A program made the position numbers and the translations under genes. This document shows, piece by piece, positions 9,558-17,731 of a stretch of DNA of 33,235 nt. Numbering within the stretch: the stretch's first letter is position 1; every line of letters begins with the position of its first letter. The notes under the pieces were generated by a model that saw nothing but the letters and a program-made list of their open reading frames with translations, was not told the DNA's origin and ran no database searches. Origin of the DNA: Candidatus Aenigmatarchaeota archaeon (GTDB lineage: Archaea; Aenigmatarchaeota; Aenigmatarchaeia; GW2011-AR5; JACRMX01); contig JACRMX010000035.1 of NCBI GenBank assembly GCA_016219485.1, positions 1-33,235 on the forward strand, read 5' to 3'.

Positions 9558-10421
9558 GTGAATAAGTTTTTTATCGCAGCTGTTGTGGGCATTTTTTTCG
9601 GATTTGTAGCATACAATATTGCATCCATAACTTCGAAGGAAAATATTTTTCCTGTGAACAATAAACAATATTTTTCAGAGGTGTACTCTGCGATAAACAA
9701 TGCTGAAAAATCTGTTCATATTTCAATGTTTACCATAAAATATTATTCCGAGTATGAGGAGAGCAATGAAAAAAAGCTTCTTGATGCGCTTATCAATGCA
9801 GCCAGGCGCGGGCTGGATGTGAAGGTTATGACAGAAGGCGGCAGCTCCTTTCTTGGAGACGCATTTGTGCTGGAACAGAGGCCTGCATGCGACTACCTTT
9901 CATCTGGCGGAGTTGATGCGCGCTTTGATGCTCCGGACAGGACTACGCATACCAAGCTTGTTATCATTGACAGTAGTGTTATAATTCTGGGTTCGACAAA
10001 CTGGAACTATTATGCACTGGAAGAAAACAACGAAGCCAATATAGTTGTAGAATCACGTGAGGTGGCGGAAAAATATGAGAACTATTTTGAATCGCTGTGG
10101 TCAGAGTCTGTTGGATGCTCTTTTAACACGACAGCAGGCTGCGACTCAGTCAATGCCATTCTGTCGAACAGAAATTACTGCAGCGGAAAGACAGCTTTTG
10201 CAAACGGCACAGCAGAAAATGTTATTTTCAAGGCATCCAAAAAAGGCAACAACTACACGACATTTTCTATTGGCGAAATCAGCGTGTTTTCATGGGGACA
10301 CCCTAATGTAACAGATGGCCAGCTGGTTTTTGTAAAAGGCATATACAGCAAAGAAAAAACCATAGGAGATTATGTTTTTACCGATGAAATAGAGGCAGAG
10401 AATGTAGAAATTCTTCCATGA
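9558..10421 (+). CDS. Membrane-anchored PLD-family (single HKD) nuclease/phosphodiesterase with C-terminal OB-fold-like domain
   Basis: N-terminal hydrophobic helix; HTKLVIID...GSTNW...NNE motif; C-terminal SKKGNNYTTF...V.VKG.Y OB-like pattern. Confidence 0.8.
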   Translation: MNKFFIAAVVGIFFGFVAYNIASITSKENIFPVNNKQYFSEVYSAINNAEKSVHISMFTIKYYSEYEESNEKKLLDALINAARRGLDVKVMTEGGSSFLGDAFVLEQRPACDYLSSGGVDARFDAPDRTTHTKLVIIDSSVIILGSTNWNYYALEENNEANIVVESREVAEKYENYFESLWSESVGCSFNTTAGCDSVNAILSNRNYCSGKTAFANGTAENVIFKASKKGNNYTTFSIGEISVFSWGHPNVTDGQLVFVKGIYSKEKTIGDYVFTDEIEAENVEILP

Positions 10422-10430
10422 AAAGATCGG

Positions 10431-10552
10431 GAGTTTTGAAAGATCCTATCATTTAGCTTGAAGAGAATTGAAGAGTTCTTAAGGAATTTGCTTGTATTGT
10501 TAGAAGGGTTTTTTCTCCTTCCCCTCGATATTTAGGGGAAAGAGAAAAAACC
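10431..10552 (+). repeat. Intergenic palindromic repeat, copy 3 (left part; interrupted by IS6 element)
   Basis: GAGTTTTGAAAGATCCTATC...TTTTTTCTCCTTCCCCTC...AGGGGAAAGAGAAAAAACC followed directly by the IS6 TIR. Confidence 0.85.
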
Positions 10553-10627
10553 GGTTTTGTAACGTCTTAGGTTGGTAAAAATATATGATTTTTGAAAGTT
10601 TAAGAATAGCTGAAAATAAGTATATTT

Positions 10628-10876
10628 GTGAGCCTTTCGAAACAACTTTCAGAAAAAGCAAAGGAATTGTATGCAATTATAATTATCGCTGTAGTAGTTT
10701 TTGGTGCGGTTTCTTATTTCATAAAAGACATAAATTTAGCAAGTGTTTCCACTTTATTGGTTATCATTATAATGATATTGTGGGTTCATAATGATGATAT
10801 AGACAAAATTAAGAAAGAATTAGACATCAATGGCAATGAAAATAAACGGTCTAAAGGATATAAGAGGCGAAAATAA
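10628..10876 (+). CDS. Small hypothetical membrane protein (2 TM), IS6 passenger
   Basis: Two hydrophobic stretches and a basic tail; inside the TIRs. Confidence 0.5.
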   Translation: MSLSKQLSEKAKELYAIIIIAVVVFGAVSYFIKDINLASVSTLLVIIIMILWVHNDDIDKIKKELDINGNENKRSKGYKRRK

Positions 10877-11011
10877 ATGATTAATATGTTAATTCATCTT
10901 TTTGGATTATATAAAACGAGAAAAGGTTACTCAAAAGGACAAATTAATGTAGTTATAATAATTATCTTATTTTTATTGCTTCTCTTATTTATTTTGACAA
11001 GTAGACGATAA
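10877..11011 (+). CDS. Possible 44-aa hydrophobic peptide (KGQ + hydrophobic helix)
   Basis: MINMLIHLFGLYKTRKGYSKGQINVVIIIILFLLLLLFILTSRR*; begins right after previous stop; overlaps transposase 3' end on opposite strand. Confidence 0.3.
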   Translation: MINMLIHLFGLYKTRKGYSKGQINVVIIIILFLLLLLFILTSRR

Positions 11012-11915
11012 TTTTATTTTGCTTCTATAAATCAAATTCAACCATTTCTCTTTGCCTAAATTAAGCTCTACTCCAGCCTTCTGTGCAGGTATCATATCTA
11101 TGCCCTGATGCACCCGCAGAAAGTTATACCATATAACAAACATCTCCAAAATTTGCTCTGCTGATTTGGAATTCTTGAAGCCACGCATAACTTTAACCCG
11201 TTCTCTGATAGTTCCCTGTATGCGTTCTATCATGTTGTTGCGGTAATCGTGCCTATCAATTATGCGGATATGCTGGACATTATCTTTTGGCACCCTGTTA
11301 GAATACCAAGTTTTAGGTATGGTGTTCATGTAAGCAGGTAATCCATCAGTAAAAACATATATAGGCTTTTCTGCTCTTTGTCTGGTTTTTCTGAATAAAC
11401 CCTTAGCACCATCCAATCCCTTTTCTTTGGCATAATGTGTAGCGACCAGAAACCTTGTTTCTTTGTCTATCAAAGCAAAAAGGTAGTGTTGTTCTTTGTT
11501 ACATTTGATATATATTTCGTCAGCATGATAAACACCCGAAAGGCTGAGATTTAACGAGCTGATGAAAGGCTTTATTGTCATAACGTATCTGCGTATCCAT
11601 CTCAGAATACTCATGTGGCTTACTTCTTTATCACTGAATTGATTTACATGAGTTGCCACTTTTCTCAAACTCATGCCATTCATGTAGAGGTCAAGACATG
11701 CTGTTATCATTTCACGCTTCTTTTTGCATTTCATGAAGCCATCATCAACCACGAAGGTTTCCTTACAGTTGTTGCACTTGTATCTTCTCTTCTTTGTTGT
11801 GCAGTTGTAACGAAAACCCCATCTTATTTATTATTTCTTCACTTTGACATTTCGGACACTTCTCTGGTGCAAAATAGCTTTCGTCTTTATAACCTCTTTT
11901 TGTTTTAGTTTTCAT
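10985..11915 (-). pseudogene. IS6-family DDE transposase with N-terminal Zn ribbon, frameshifted near 11826-11833
   Basis: HADE / FTDG / NNMIER DDE triad, HTH GMSLRKV...ILRWI; N-terminus MKTK...CPKC..EEII joins RWGFRYN...YKCNNC only if a 4-nt AATA duplication is removed. Confidence 0.82.
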
Positions 11916-11930
11916 GTTTAACATTTCTAT

Positions 11931-11974
11931 TGTATTAATGTATTAGTTAATACATACATACGAAACTTTAAATA
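11931..11974. promoter_or_regulatory. Divergent promoter/operator between transposase and RHH-MTase
   Basis: ATGTATTA-GT-TAATACAT palindrome (11938-11955), further TGTATTA/TAATACA copies, TTTAAATA box at 11967-11974. Confidence 0.55.
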
Positions 11975-11997
11975 CTTTACTACAGTAATACATTACT

Positions 11998-12153
11998 ATG
12001 TCAGAGGCTAATTCTAACAACAGGGAAACAACAAGCATACGTATTGACCCAAAGCTGTGGAAAGAGGCAAAAATGAAGGCATTAGAAAAAGACATGAGTA
12101 TTGGTCAATACATCGAAGAATTGATAATTAAGGATGTCAAGAACAAGAAGTGA
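11998..12153 (+). CDS. Ribbon-helix-helix (CopG/Arc-like) regulator, 51 aa
   Basis: MSEANSNNRETTSIRIDPKLWKEAKMKALEKDMSIGQYIEELIIKDVKNKK*; TSIRID beta ribbon plus two helices; below ORF-track cutoff. Confidence 0.8.
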   Translation: MSEANSNNRETTSIRIDPKLWKEAKMKALEKDMSIGQYIEELIIKDVKNKK

Positions 12154-12158
12154 TATGA

Positions 12159-13064
12159 ATGAAAGAGATACATTTAGATGACAAAGTGAAATTATACTAT
12201 GGTGATGTTTTTGAATGTTTAGAAATCCTGCCCAAAAATACTATTCAAACTATCATAACAAGCCCAACATATTGGGGGAAACGCCAGTTTACAAATGATG
12301 AAAGAGAATTTGGAAAAGAATCACTCGAACAATACATTCATAGATGCGTCAGTCTATTTAGCAATCTTCTTGATTTAATCAAGGAAAACGGTTCTCTGTT
12401 TTTTATAATGCAAGATTCACGCATGGGAAGTGGAATTTCAAGGACACAACATTTTAGCGATAAGTTTTTTCGGGAGCATCCATCATGGAAACGCAATGGT
12501 AATTCTAAAGAAGTACATGGCAACAGAAGTAAGGTAACGGCACATCATAATATTATTAAAAATACTTCATGGTGTGGCATCCCTTTCAAAATTGCTAACG
12601 AACTCGTGGATAAAGGCTATATATGGCGTGATTACATAATTTGGGAAAAACCTAATCCAATGCCAGACAAAATAGTAAATCGAGTACGCCAATCTGCCGA
12701 ATATGTCTTTCACTTTGTCAAAAACAAATCTTACAAATACAATCCTAAAGAGATTTCCGTTATTGGAAAGAGTGGGCGTCCTCGACCCATGAATCAAGTA
12801 TGGACAGAAGCACCAAATCCAGAGGTTTCACATTCGGCTACGTTTTCCCCTGTAGTAGTTGAACGTCTTTTGAAAGCTACCACTGATATTGGAGATTGGG
12901 TATTCGACCCTTTCGTGGGTTCAGGAACGCTTCTAAAGTTATGCTTAAAAAACGACAGACGTTTTATTGGATGTGATATTAATTCAGAATTCACAAGAGT
13001 ATGCAAGAGAATTATTACTTCTTATCAGCCTTTAAGGATTTATTCCCATCTTTCAGACCATTGA
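12159..13064 (+). CDS. Beta-class N4-cytosine/N6-adenine DNA methyltransferase
   Basis: Motif IV TSPTY precedes motif I DPFVGSGT; IIWEKPNPMP, HSATF. Confidence 0.9.
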   Translation: MKEIHLDDKVKLYYGDVFECLEILPKNTIQTIITSPTYWGKRQFTNDEREFGKESLEQYIHRCVSLFSNLLDLIKENGSLFFIMQDSRMGSGISRTQHFSDKFFREHPSWKRNGNSKEVHGNRSKVTAHHNIIKNTSWCGIPFKIANELVDKGYIWRDYIIWEKPNPMPDKIVNRVRQSAEYVFHFVKNKSYKYNPKEISVIGKSGRPRPMNQVWTEAPNPEVSHSATFSPVVVERLLKATTDIGDWVFDPFVGSGTLLKLCLKNDRRFIGCDINSEFTRVCKRIITSYQPLRIYSHLSDH

Positions 13065-13794
13065 TATATTTTGTCAATATTTGTTTCACATAGTTTGGCA
13101 TAAGGATGTGTTTCTTTCTGGCAATGATTTTCAAATTATCATAATCTGATACAAAATGCCCTTTCCAAACAATAGCAAGACGGCGGATGTTTTCTGTAGC
13201 TATATGTTGATGATTTTCAGGACTTGCCCAGTAACAGGTTTTGCAAACATTAGGTTTCTTGCCTTTCCAATTTGAGCAATGCTCACATGACCAAGATTTT
13301 GCCCGATTACAAGATGCACATAATGGCATGAACTCGTCAATTTTTAAAGTTGCAGGCTCACCGCTAATTTCATATGGTATTTTATGGTCAATCTGTAGGT
13401 ATCGTTCTTCATACTGTTGTAAACAAATACTGCAACGAACACCAGCAGAACGAATAACATCTTCCTTGAATTGTTTTGAGAACATTTTTCTTCCTGCAAG
13501 TGTTCCAAGATGCATACTTTCTGGATTTGCAAATCTATATCCGCTTATTTTTCTTCCATCAGAACTCGTTACACGAAACGATTCTATAGGAATTCCAAGT
13601 TCTCTAACATCTCGTATAGCTCTTGATGTATGTCGATAACCATATTTGTTTTGCAAATCATCTGACGTTATTTGACCGTGCTTTAGAATATGGTCTATTA
13701 CTGTCTTTGCTCTTTTTGCTGTAATAGATTTGGCTCGTGCCAGAAGTTTAGAAGTCCAGCCTTCTGGAACATGTGTAGCCTCTTCCTTTCTCAT
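13015..13794 (-). CDS. HNH restriction endonuclease, SphI-like
   Basis: N-terminal wHTH (YGY.H..RAIRDVRELG), CxxC...QIDHKIPY...LCASCNRAKSWSCEHC.NW...C..CYWASPEN, matching R.SphI as I recall it; start set at ATG 13794 (longer ORF runs into the TIR). Confidence 0.8.
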   Translation of the reverse strand: MRKEEATHVPEGWTSKLLARAKSITAKRAKTVIDHILKHGQITSDDLQNKYGYRHTSRAIRDVRELGIPIESFRVTSSDGRKISGYRFANPESMHLGTLAGRKMFSKQFKEDVIRSAGVRCSICLQQYEERYLQIDHKIPYEISGEPATLKIDEFMPLCASCNRAKSWSCEHCSNWKGKKPNVCKTCYWASPENHQHIATENIRRLAIVWKGHFVSDYDNLKIIARKKHILMPNYVKQILTKYINGLKDGNKSLKADKK

Positions 13795-13846
13795 ACTTTT
13801 TATTGTTTTCAGACACTTTAATACCAACCGAAGACGTTACAGAACC

Positions 13847-13903
13847 AAAAAACCGCATGGATATATAGCAGGCTTTCACGCCTTTTTCTGGATATCTTAA
13901 AAC
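13847..13903 (+). repeat. Right remainder of repeat copy 3 after IS6 insertion
   Basis: AAAAAACCG resumes the repeat; GGATATCTTAAAACT is a degenerate complement of the copy's left end GAGTTTTGAAAGATCC. Confidence 0.6.
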
Positions 13904-15147
13904 TATTTTTTTTCTATAATCTCCTTTGCCCTTGAGACAGTTATGTTTTTTTCTTTTATCATCTGCAAAGCTGTTTTGTCAATCTCGCTGCCTTTTGCGC
14001 CTGCCATGACTGCTATATTTTTGGCATGAAGCTCCATGTGCCCGCGTTGTATGCCTTCTGTTGACAGTGCACGCAGCGCTGCAAAGTTTTGTGCAAGTCC
14101 CACTGCTGCTATTATTTCTGCCAGCTCTTTTGCTGATTTGACACCCAGTATCTTCAGCGCAATTTTTGCTATTGGGTTTGTTCTTGTCGTTCCGCCAACT
14201 ATTCCGACAGCCATAGGCAGCTCTATCATTCCAACCAGGTCGCCATCCTTGTTTTTTTCATATGTTGTGAGCGGCTTGTAGCTGCCGATAGAAGCAAATG
14301 CATGCGCTCCGGCTTCAACAGCCCTGAAATCGTTTCCTGTTGCAATAACAACAGCATCTATTCCGTTCATTACGCCTTTGTTGTGCGTTGCACACCGGTA
14401 AATGTCATTTTTGGCAAAATAATAGGCAGCCAGTATTCCGTTTACCGCATCCTCTCCTATAACTTCTTTTTTCCAGACAGCCTTTGCGTGCGCAAGGCGC
14501 CTAGTTGCAAGGTTGCTTATTATTCTTAGTCTTGCTTTTCCACCTGCTAATTCTTCAAGCAGTGGCGTTACAGCCTCGCACATAGTATTTACAGCATTTG
14601 CGCCCATGGCATCCCTTACGTCCACGAGAAGATGGACAATAATCATTTTTCCTATTTCAGTGCTGATAATCTTTACTTCAACGTCCTTTGCTCCTCCGCC
14701 AAAGCTGACAAGAACAGAGTCTTTTTTGTTGCACAATTCAATTATTTTTTCCTTATTTTCCAGAATTTTTTTCCTGGCCTTTTCAGTATCCTTTGCACCT
14801 ACTATCTGAATCTGGCCTATCATTACAGGGTCGTCGCTAGCCGTAACAAATCCACCAGGCCGCGCGAGCTTTGCAGCATAGCTCGCTGCTGCAACTACCG
14901 AAGGCTCTTCTATTGTCATCGGTACCAGCACATCCCTGCCATTTATAATAAAATTTGTTGCGATGCCGACTGGAAGCCCTGTTGTTCCTATAGCGTTTTC
15001 TATCATTCTGTTGGCTGTTTCCATTTCAAGGGCACCTGCTTTTTTAAGCAGCCCAAGCTCTTCATCTGTAAGGCCAGCAAGCTCTTTTAATTTTTTCAGC
15101 CTTTCCTCCAGAGATAGCCTATGAAATCCTGAAATATCAGATCTCAT
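13903..15147 (-). CDS. mvaA: HMG-CoA reductase, class II
   Basis: SGFHRLSLEER, MIEN, EEPSVVAAAS, DAMGAN, ILS/ISNL, THNKG, GND.RA.EA, EGIQRGHM.LH. Confidence 0.93.
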   Translation of the reverse strand: MRSDISGFHRLSLEERLKKLKELAGLTDEELGLLKKAGALEMETANRMIENAIGTTGLPVGIATNFIINGRDVLVPMTIEEPSVVAAASYAAKLARPGGFVTASDDPVMIGQIQIVGAKDTEKARKKILENKEKIIELCNKKDSVLVSFGGGAKDVEVKIISTEIGKMIIVHLLVDVRDAMGANAVNTMCEAVTPLLEELAGGKARLRIISNLATRRLAHAKAVWKKEVIGEDAVNGILAAYYFAKNDIYRCATHNKGVMNGIDAVVIATGNDFRAVEAGAHAFASIGSYKPLTTYEKNKDGDLVGMIELPMAVGIVGGTTRTNPIAKIALKILGVKSAKELAEIIAAVGLAQNFAALRALSTEGIQRGHMELHAKNIAVMAGAKGSEIDKTALQMIKEKNITVSRAKEIIEKK

Positions 15148-15215
15148 AAGCTTAGAACCATAGGAAAAATATTAAAATACAGTGATTTTTAAGTTTTGGT
15201 TCAAAACCTAATGCT

Positions 15216-16211
15216 ATGAAAATACTCGGGTACAAGGAGAAAAAAGGCGTCCTAAGGCTGGAGCCTGAGACGTCCAATGACCTCTGGCTGCTGGAAAAAA
15301 TACTGAAGCCCGGAGATATAATTAAGGGAAGGACACAGCGTTCAATAAAAATACAAAGGGGTGACCAGGAGGTCAGGACAGAAAGAAGAACAATAACAGT
15401 CAGGCTTTGTGCTGAGAAGGTGGATTTCAGCGAGGATGGCAGCGAAATCAGGGTGAACGGGAAGATTTTAGAGGGTCCGGAGGAGGTTGAGCACGGCTAT
15501 CATACGTTCGAGATAAGGGTAAATGAGCCGGTTTCCATAGAACGGCAGTGGAAAAAATTTGAGCTTGATAAAATATATGCTGCGAAGATAAAACACCCGA
15601 GAATAATGATTTGTGTTTTGGATGACAGTGAGTGTACAATAGCGATGCTCACTGAAAGGCTGCAATTTCTTGTAAATATGCAGGGAGTTTCTGGCAAAAC
15701 TTATGGCGAAGCAGATAAGACCAGCTACTTCAGTAATATTATAAAATATATTGAAGAAAAGGATTTTGATTTTCTTATAGTTGCCGGCCCTGGGTTTACA
15801 AAGGAGGCTATTGCAAAGGAGCTCAAGGAAAAAGGGGTTACAATGCTGGTTGACAGCGTGTCTCATACAGGCGAAGCAGGCGTGCAGGAGGTTTTAAAAA
15901 GAGGCGCTGTCGAAAGGCTTTATCATAATTCGCAAATACATAAGCAGACCATTCTGGTTGAAAAGTTTTTTGAGGAACTTGCACGCGATGGGAAGATAGT
16001 TTATGGAGCCAAAGAGACAGAAATTGCAGTAAAAATGGGCGCTGTCGAAGAGCTTTTGATTAGTGATATATTAGTCAGAGAAAATGAGCAGCTTTTGGGA
16101 GAGGCTGAAAAAATGGGCGGAAAAGTGCACATAATAGAAAGCCATCACGAGGCTGGCAAAAGGTTTGCGAATTTTGGAGTCGCAGGCTTTTTAAGATACC
16201 GAACAGAATGA
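15216..16211 (+). CDS. pelA: Pelota (Dom34) ribosome rescue factor
   Basis: DLWLL, VAGPGFTK, YG..E...A..MGAVEELLISD, H EAG..F..GVAGFLRY. Confidence 0.93.
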   Translation: MKILGYKEKKGVLRLEPETSNDLWLLEKILKPGDIIKGRTQRSIKIQRGDQEVRTERRTITVRLCAEKVDFSEDGSEIRVNGKILEGPEEVEHGYHTFEIRVNEPVSIERQWKKFELDKIYAAKIKHPRIMICVLDDSECTIAMLTERLQFLVNMQGVSGKTYGEADKTSYFSNIIKYIEEKDFDFLIVAGPGFTKEAIAKELKEKGVTMLVDSVSHTGEAGVQEVLKRGAVERLYHNSQIHKQTILVEKFFEELARDGKIVYGAKETEIAVKMGAVEELLISDILVRENEQLLGEAEKMGGKVHIIESHHEAGKRFANFGVAGFLRYRTE

Positions 16212-16558
16212 TAGTCATGTACAAGCAGGTCATTGTTATAAGGTCAGGCCTTAAAATGAGCAAAGGAAAAACAGCTGTTCAGGCTTGCCACGCGTGCATT
16301 GGCGCTGCGGAAAAAACCAGCAGAATCATCCTTTCTGCATGGAGGCGGGAAGGCCAGAAAAAAGTTGTTGTGGAAGCTTCCCTTGAAGCTATGCATAGGC
16401 TAAAGGAGAAGGCTGACAAGCTAAAAATCAAGAGCTATATGGTTGCTGATGCAGGGCTGACCGAGCTGGCCCCTGGGACGATAACAGCTATTGCCATAGG
16501 TCCTGACAAGGAAGAAAAGATAAATAAAGTGACTGGTTCTCTGCCTCTGGTGAGATAA
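16208..16558 (+). CDS. pth2: Peptidyl-tRNA hydrolase 2
   Basis: YKQVIVIR..LKMSKGK.AVQ..HA, GQKKVV, DAGLTE..PGT.T...IGP. Confidence 0.95.
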   Translation: MIVMYKQVIVIRSGLKMSKGKTAVQACHACIGAAEKTSRIILSAWRREGQKKVVVEASLEAMHRLKEKADKLKIKSYMVADAGLTELAPGTITAIAIGPDKEEKINKVTGSLPLVR

Positions 16559-17314
16559 TGTTTTCAGGAAAGCTTACGAAGCCTGAGGATTTTATTGTCA
16601 GGGAAATCCTCGACGAAAGATTTTCAAGAAAATACAGAAGGACATGCAAAGGCGTGGAAAAAATGTGCGGAGAGCATTCCCTGTACTTGCTGCAAAAGAA
16701 AAATATGAATACAAGAGATGCGATCAACCTCATTGCAAAAAAACTCTGCATAAGCAGGGGCGCTATCGGGTATGCGGGCTTAAAGGACAAAAATGCTGTC
16801 AGTTATCAGTATATTACGATAAGCAAAGGCCCGGAAAAAAACCTTTCATTCAGGGACATCGCGCTTACTTTTATGCGCAGCATTGACCGAAGACTCGGCC
16901 GCGGCGATCTGATAGGCAATGAATTCGAAATAACGCTGCACAACTGCAGGAATGTGCAGGAGCTTCCTGAAAAAATAAAAAAAATCAGGCAGGGAATACC
17001 AAATTTCTTCGGACCCCAGCGCTTTGGAGTTCTCAAAAACAATCATATAAAGGGGCGGATGATAATCCACAGGAGAAAACTCCCTGAAAATATGGGAAAG
17101 GAGGATAAGCGAGCTCAGCATAATGTGCAAAGGAGGCGTAAGACAGTCGGTAATAAGGCCGGATGTGAGCTACAAAATTACAGGGGACAACGTCTTTCTT
17201 CATTTTTCACTGCCCAAAGGTTCCTACGCTACTGTTGTATTGAATGCAATCGGCACAGTCGATAGTTCAGAGATCAGGAAAGTTTCGGTTAGCTGCAATT
17301 TGGCTTCAAATTAA
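16558..17314 (+). pseudogene. truD: tRNA pseudouridine(13) synthase TruD, internally deleted and frameshifted near 17109
   Basis: PEDFIVRE, GYAGLKD, GDLIGNEF, PNFFGPQRFG in frame 1; C-terminal FSLPKGSYATVVL in another frame (17123-17314); central TRUD insertion domain appears missing. Confidence 0.75.
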
Positions 17315-17344
17315 ATTTATATACCTTGATAGTATCATTTTTTT

Positions 17345-17587
17345 ATGTACGAATACGTAATTGGAGTTTGTAGAACAGAAGATATCTCTTCTCAAAATCA
17401 ATATTGGGATTTATCCAGGCAACATCATGGAACGGGTTTTCCAGATTCACAACGTGATGGTGAACTTATTGGTCAATATCTCACAGTTTTTATTAGTTCT
17501 GAAAAACCCTTGACTTTGGAAGAACTTCAGAAAAAATTCCCATCTATATCTATAGTAGGATTCAGACCATACTCCTTGTATTCCTAG
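17345..17587 (+). CDS. Hypothetical protein (80 aa)
   Basis: ATG ORF about 25 nt downstream of TTTATATA box; no recognisable motif. Confidence 0.55.
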   Translation: MYEYVIGVCRTEDISSQNQYWDLSRQHHGTGFPDSQRDGELIGQYLTVFISSEKPLTLEELQKKFPSISIVGFRPYSLYS

Positions 17588-17604
17588 GGTGTTCTCCAGT
17601 GAGA

Positions 17605-17633
17605 ACTTCGCATAAGCCGATGTGTTGGGCGAC
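17605..17633 (+). other. attC-like right half (remnant)
   Basis: ACTTCGCATAAGCCG-ATGT-GTTGGGC; GTTGGGC fits GTTRRRY; 15-mer repeated at 20033-20047. Confidence 0.35.
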
Positions 17634-17731
17634 TTATCTACTCGGTAGACTTGATTCAATTAAAAGAAAAACTTAGAGGTTGGCTTGGGGTCGCTGAGGC
17701 GATAGATAGCTGAAAATCATAGATTTTTAGA

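Larger units (their letters stand above)
10553..13846. mobile_element. IS6-family cargo-carrying element (3294 bp) with restriction-modification passenger genes
   Basis: TIRs GGTTTTGTAACGTCTTAGGTTGGTA (10553-10577) and GGTTCTGTAACGTCTTCGGTTGGTA (rc of 13822-13846), 23/25 identical; 8-bp TSD AAAAAACC at 10545-10552 and 13847-13854; AT-richer than flanks. Confidence 0.92.

Noticed and set aside
11820-11840. Programmed -1 frameshift in the transposase
   Set aside because: Shift needed is +1, no X XXY YYZ slippery site is visible, and a simple AATA duplication explains it.
13795-13827. N-terminal extension of HNH ORF
   Set aside because: Starts within the right TIR; ATG 13794 preferred.
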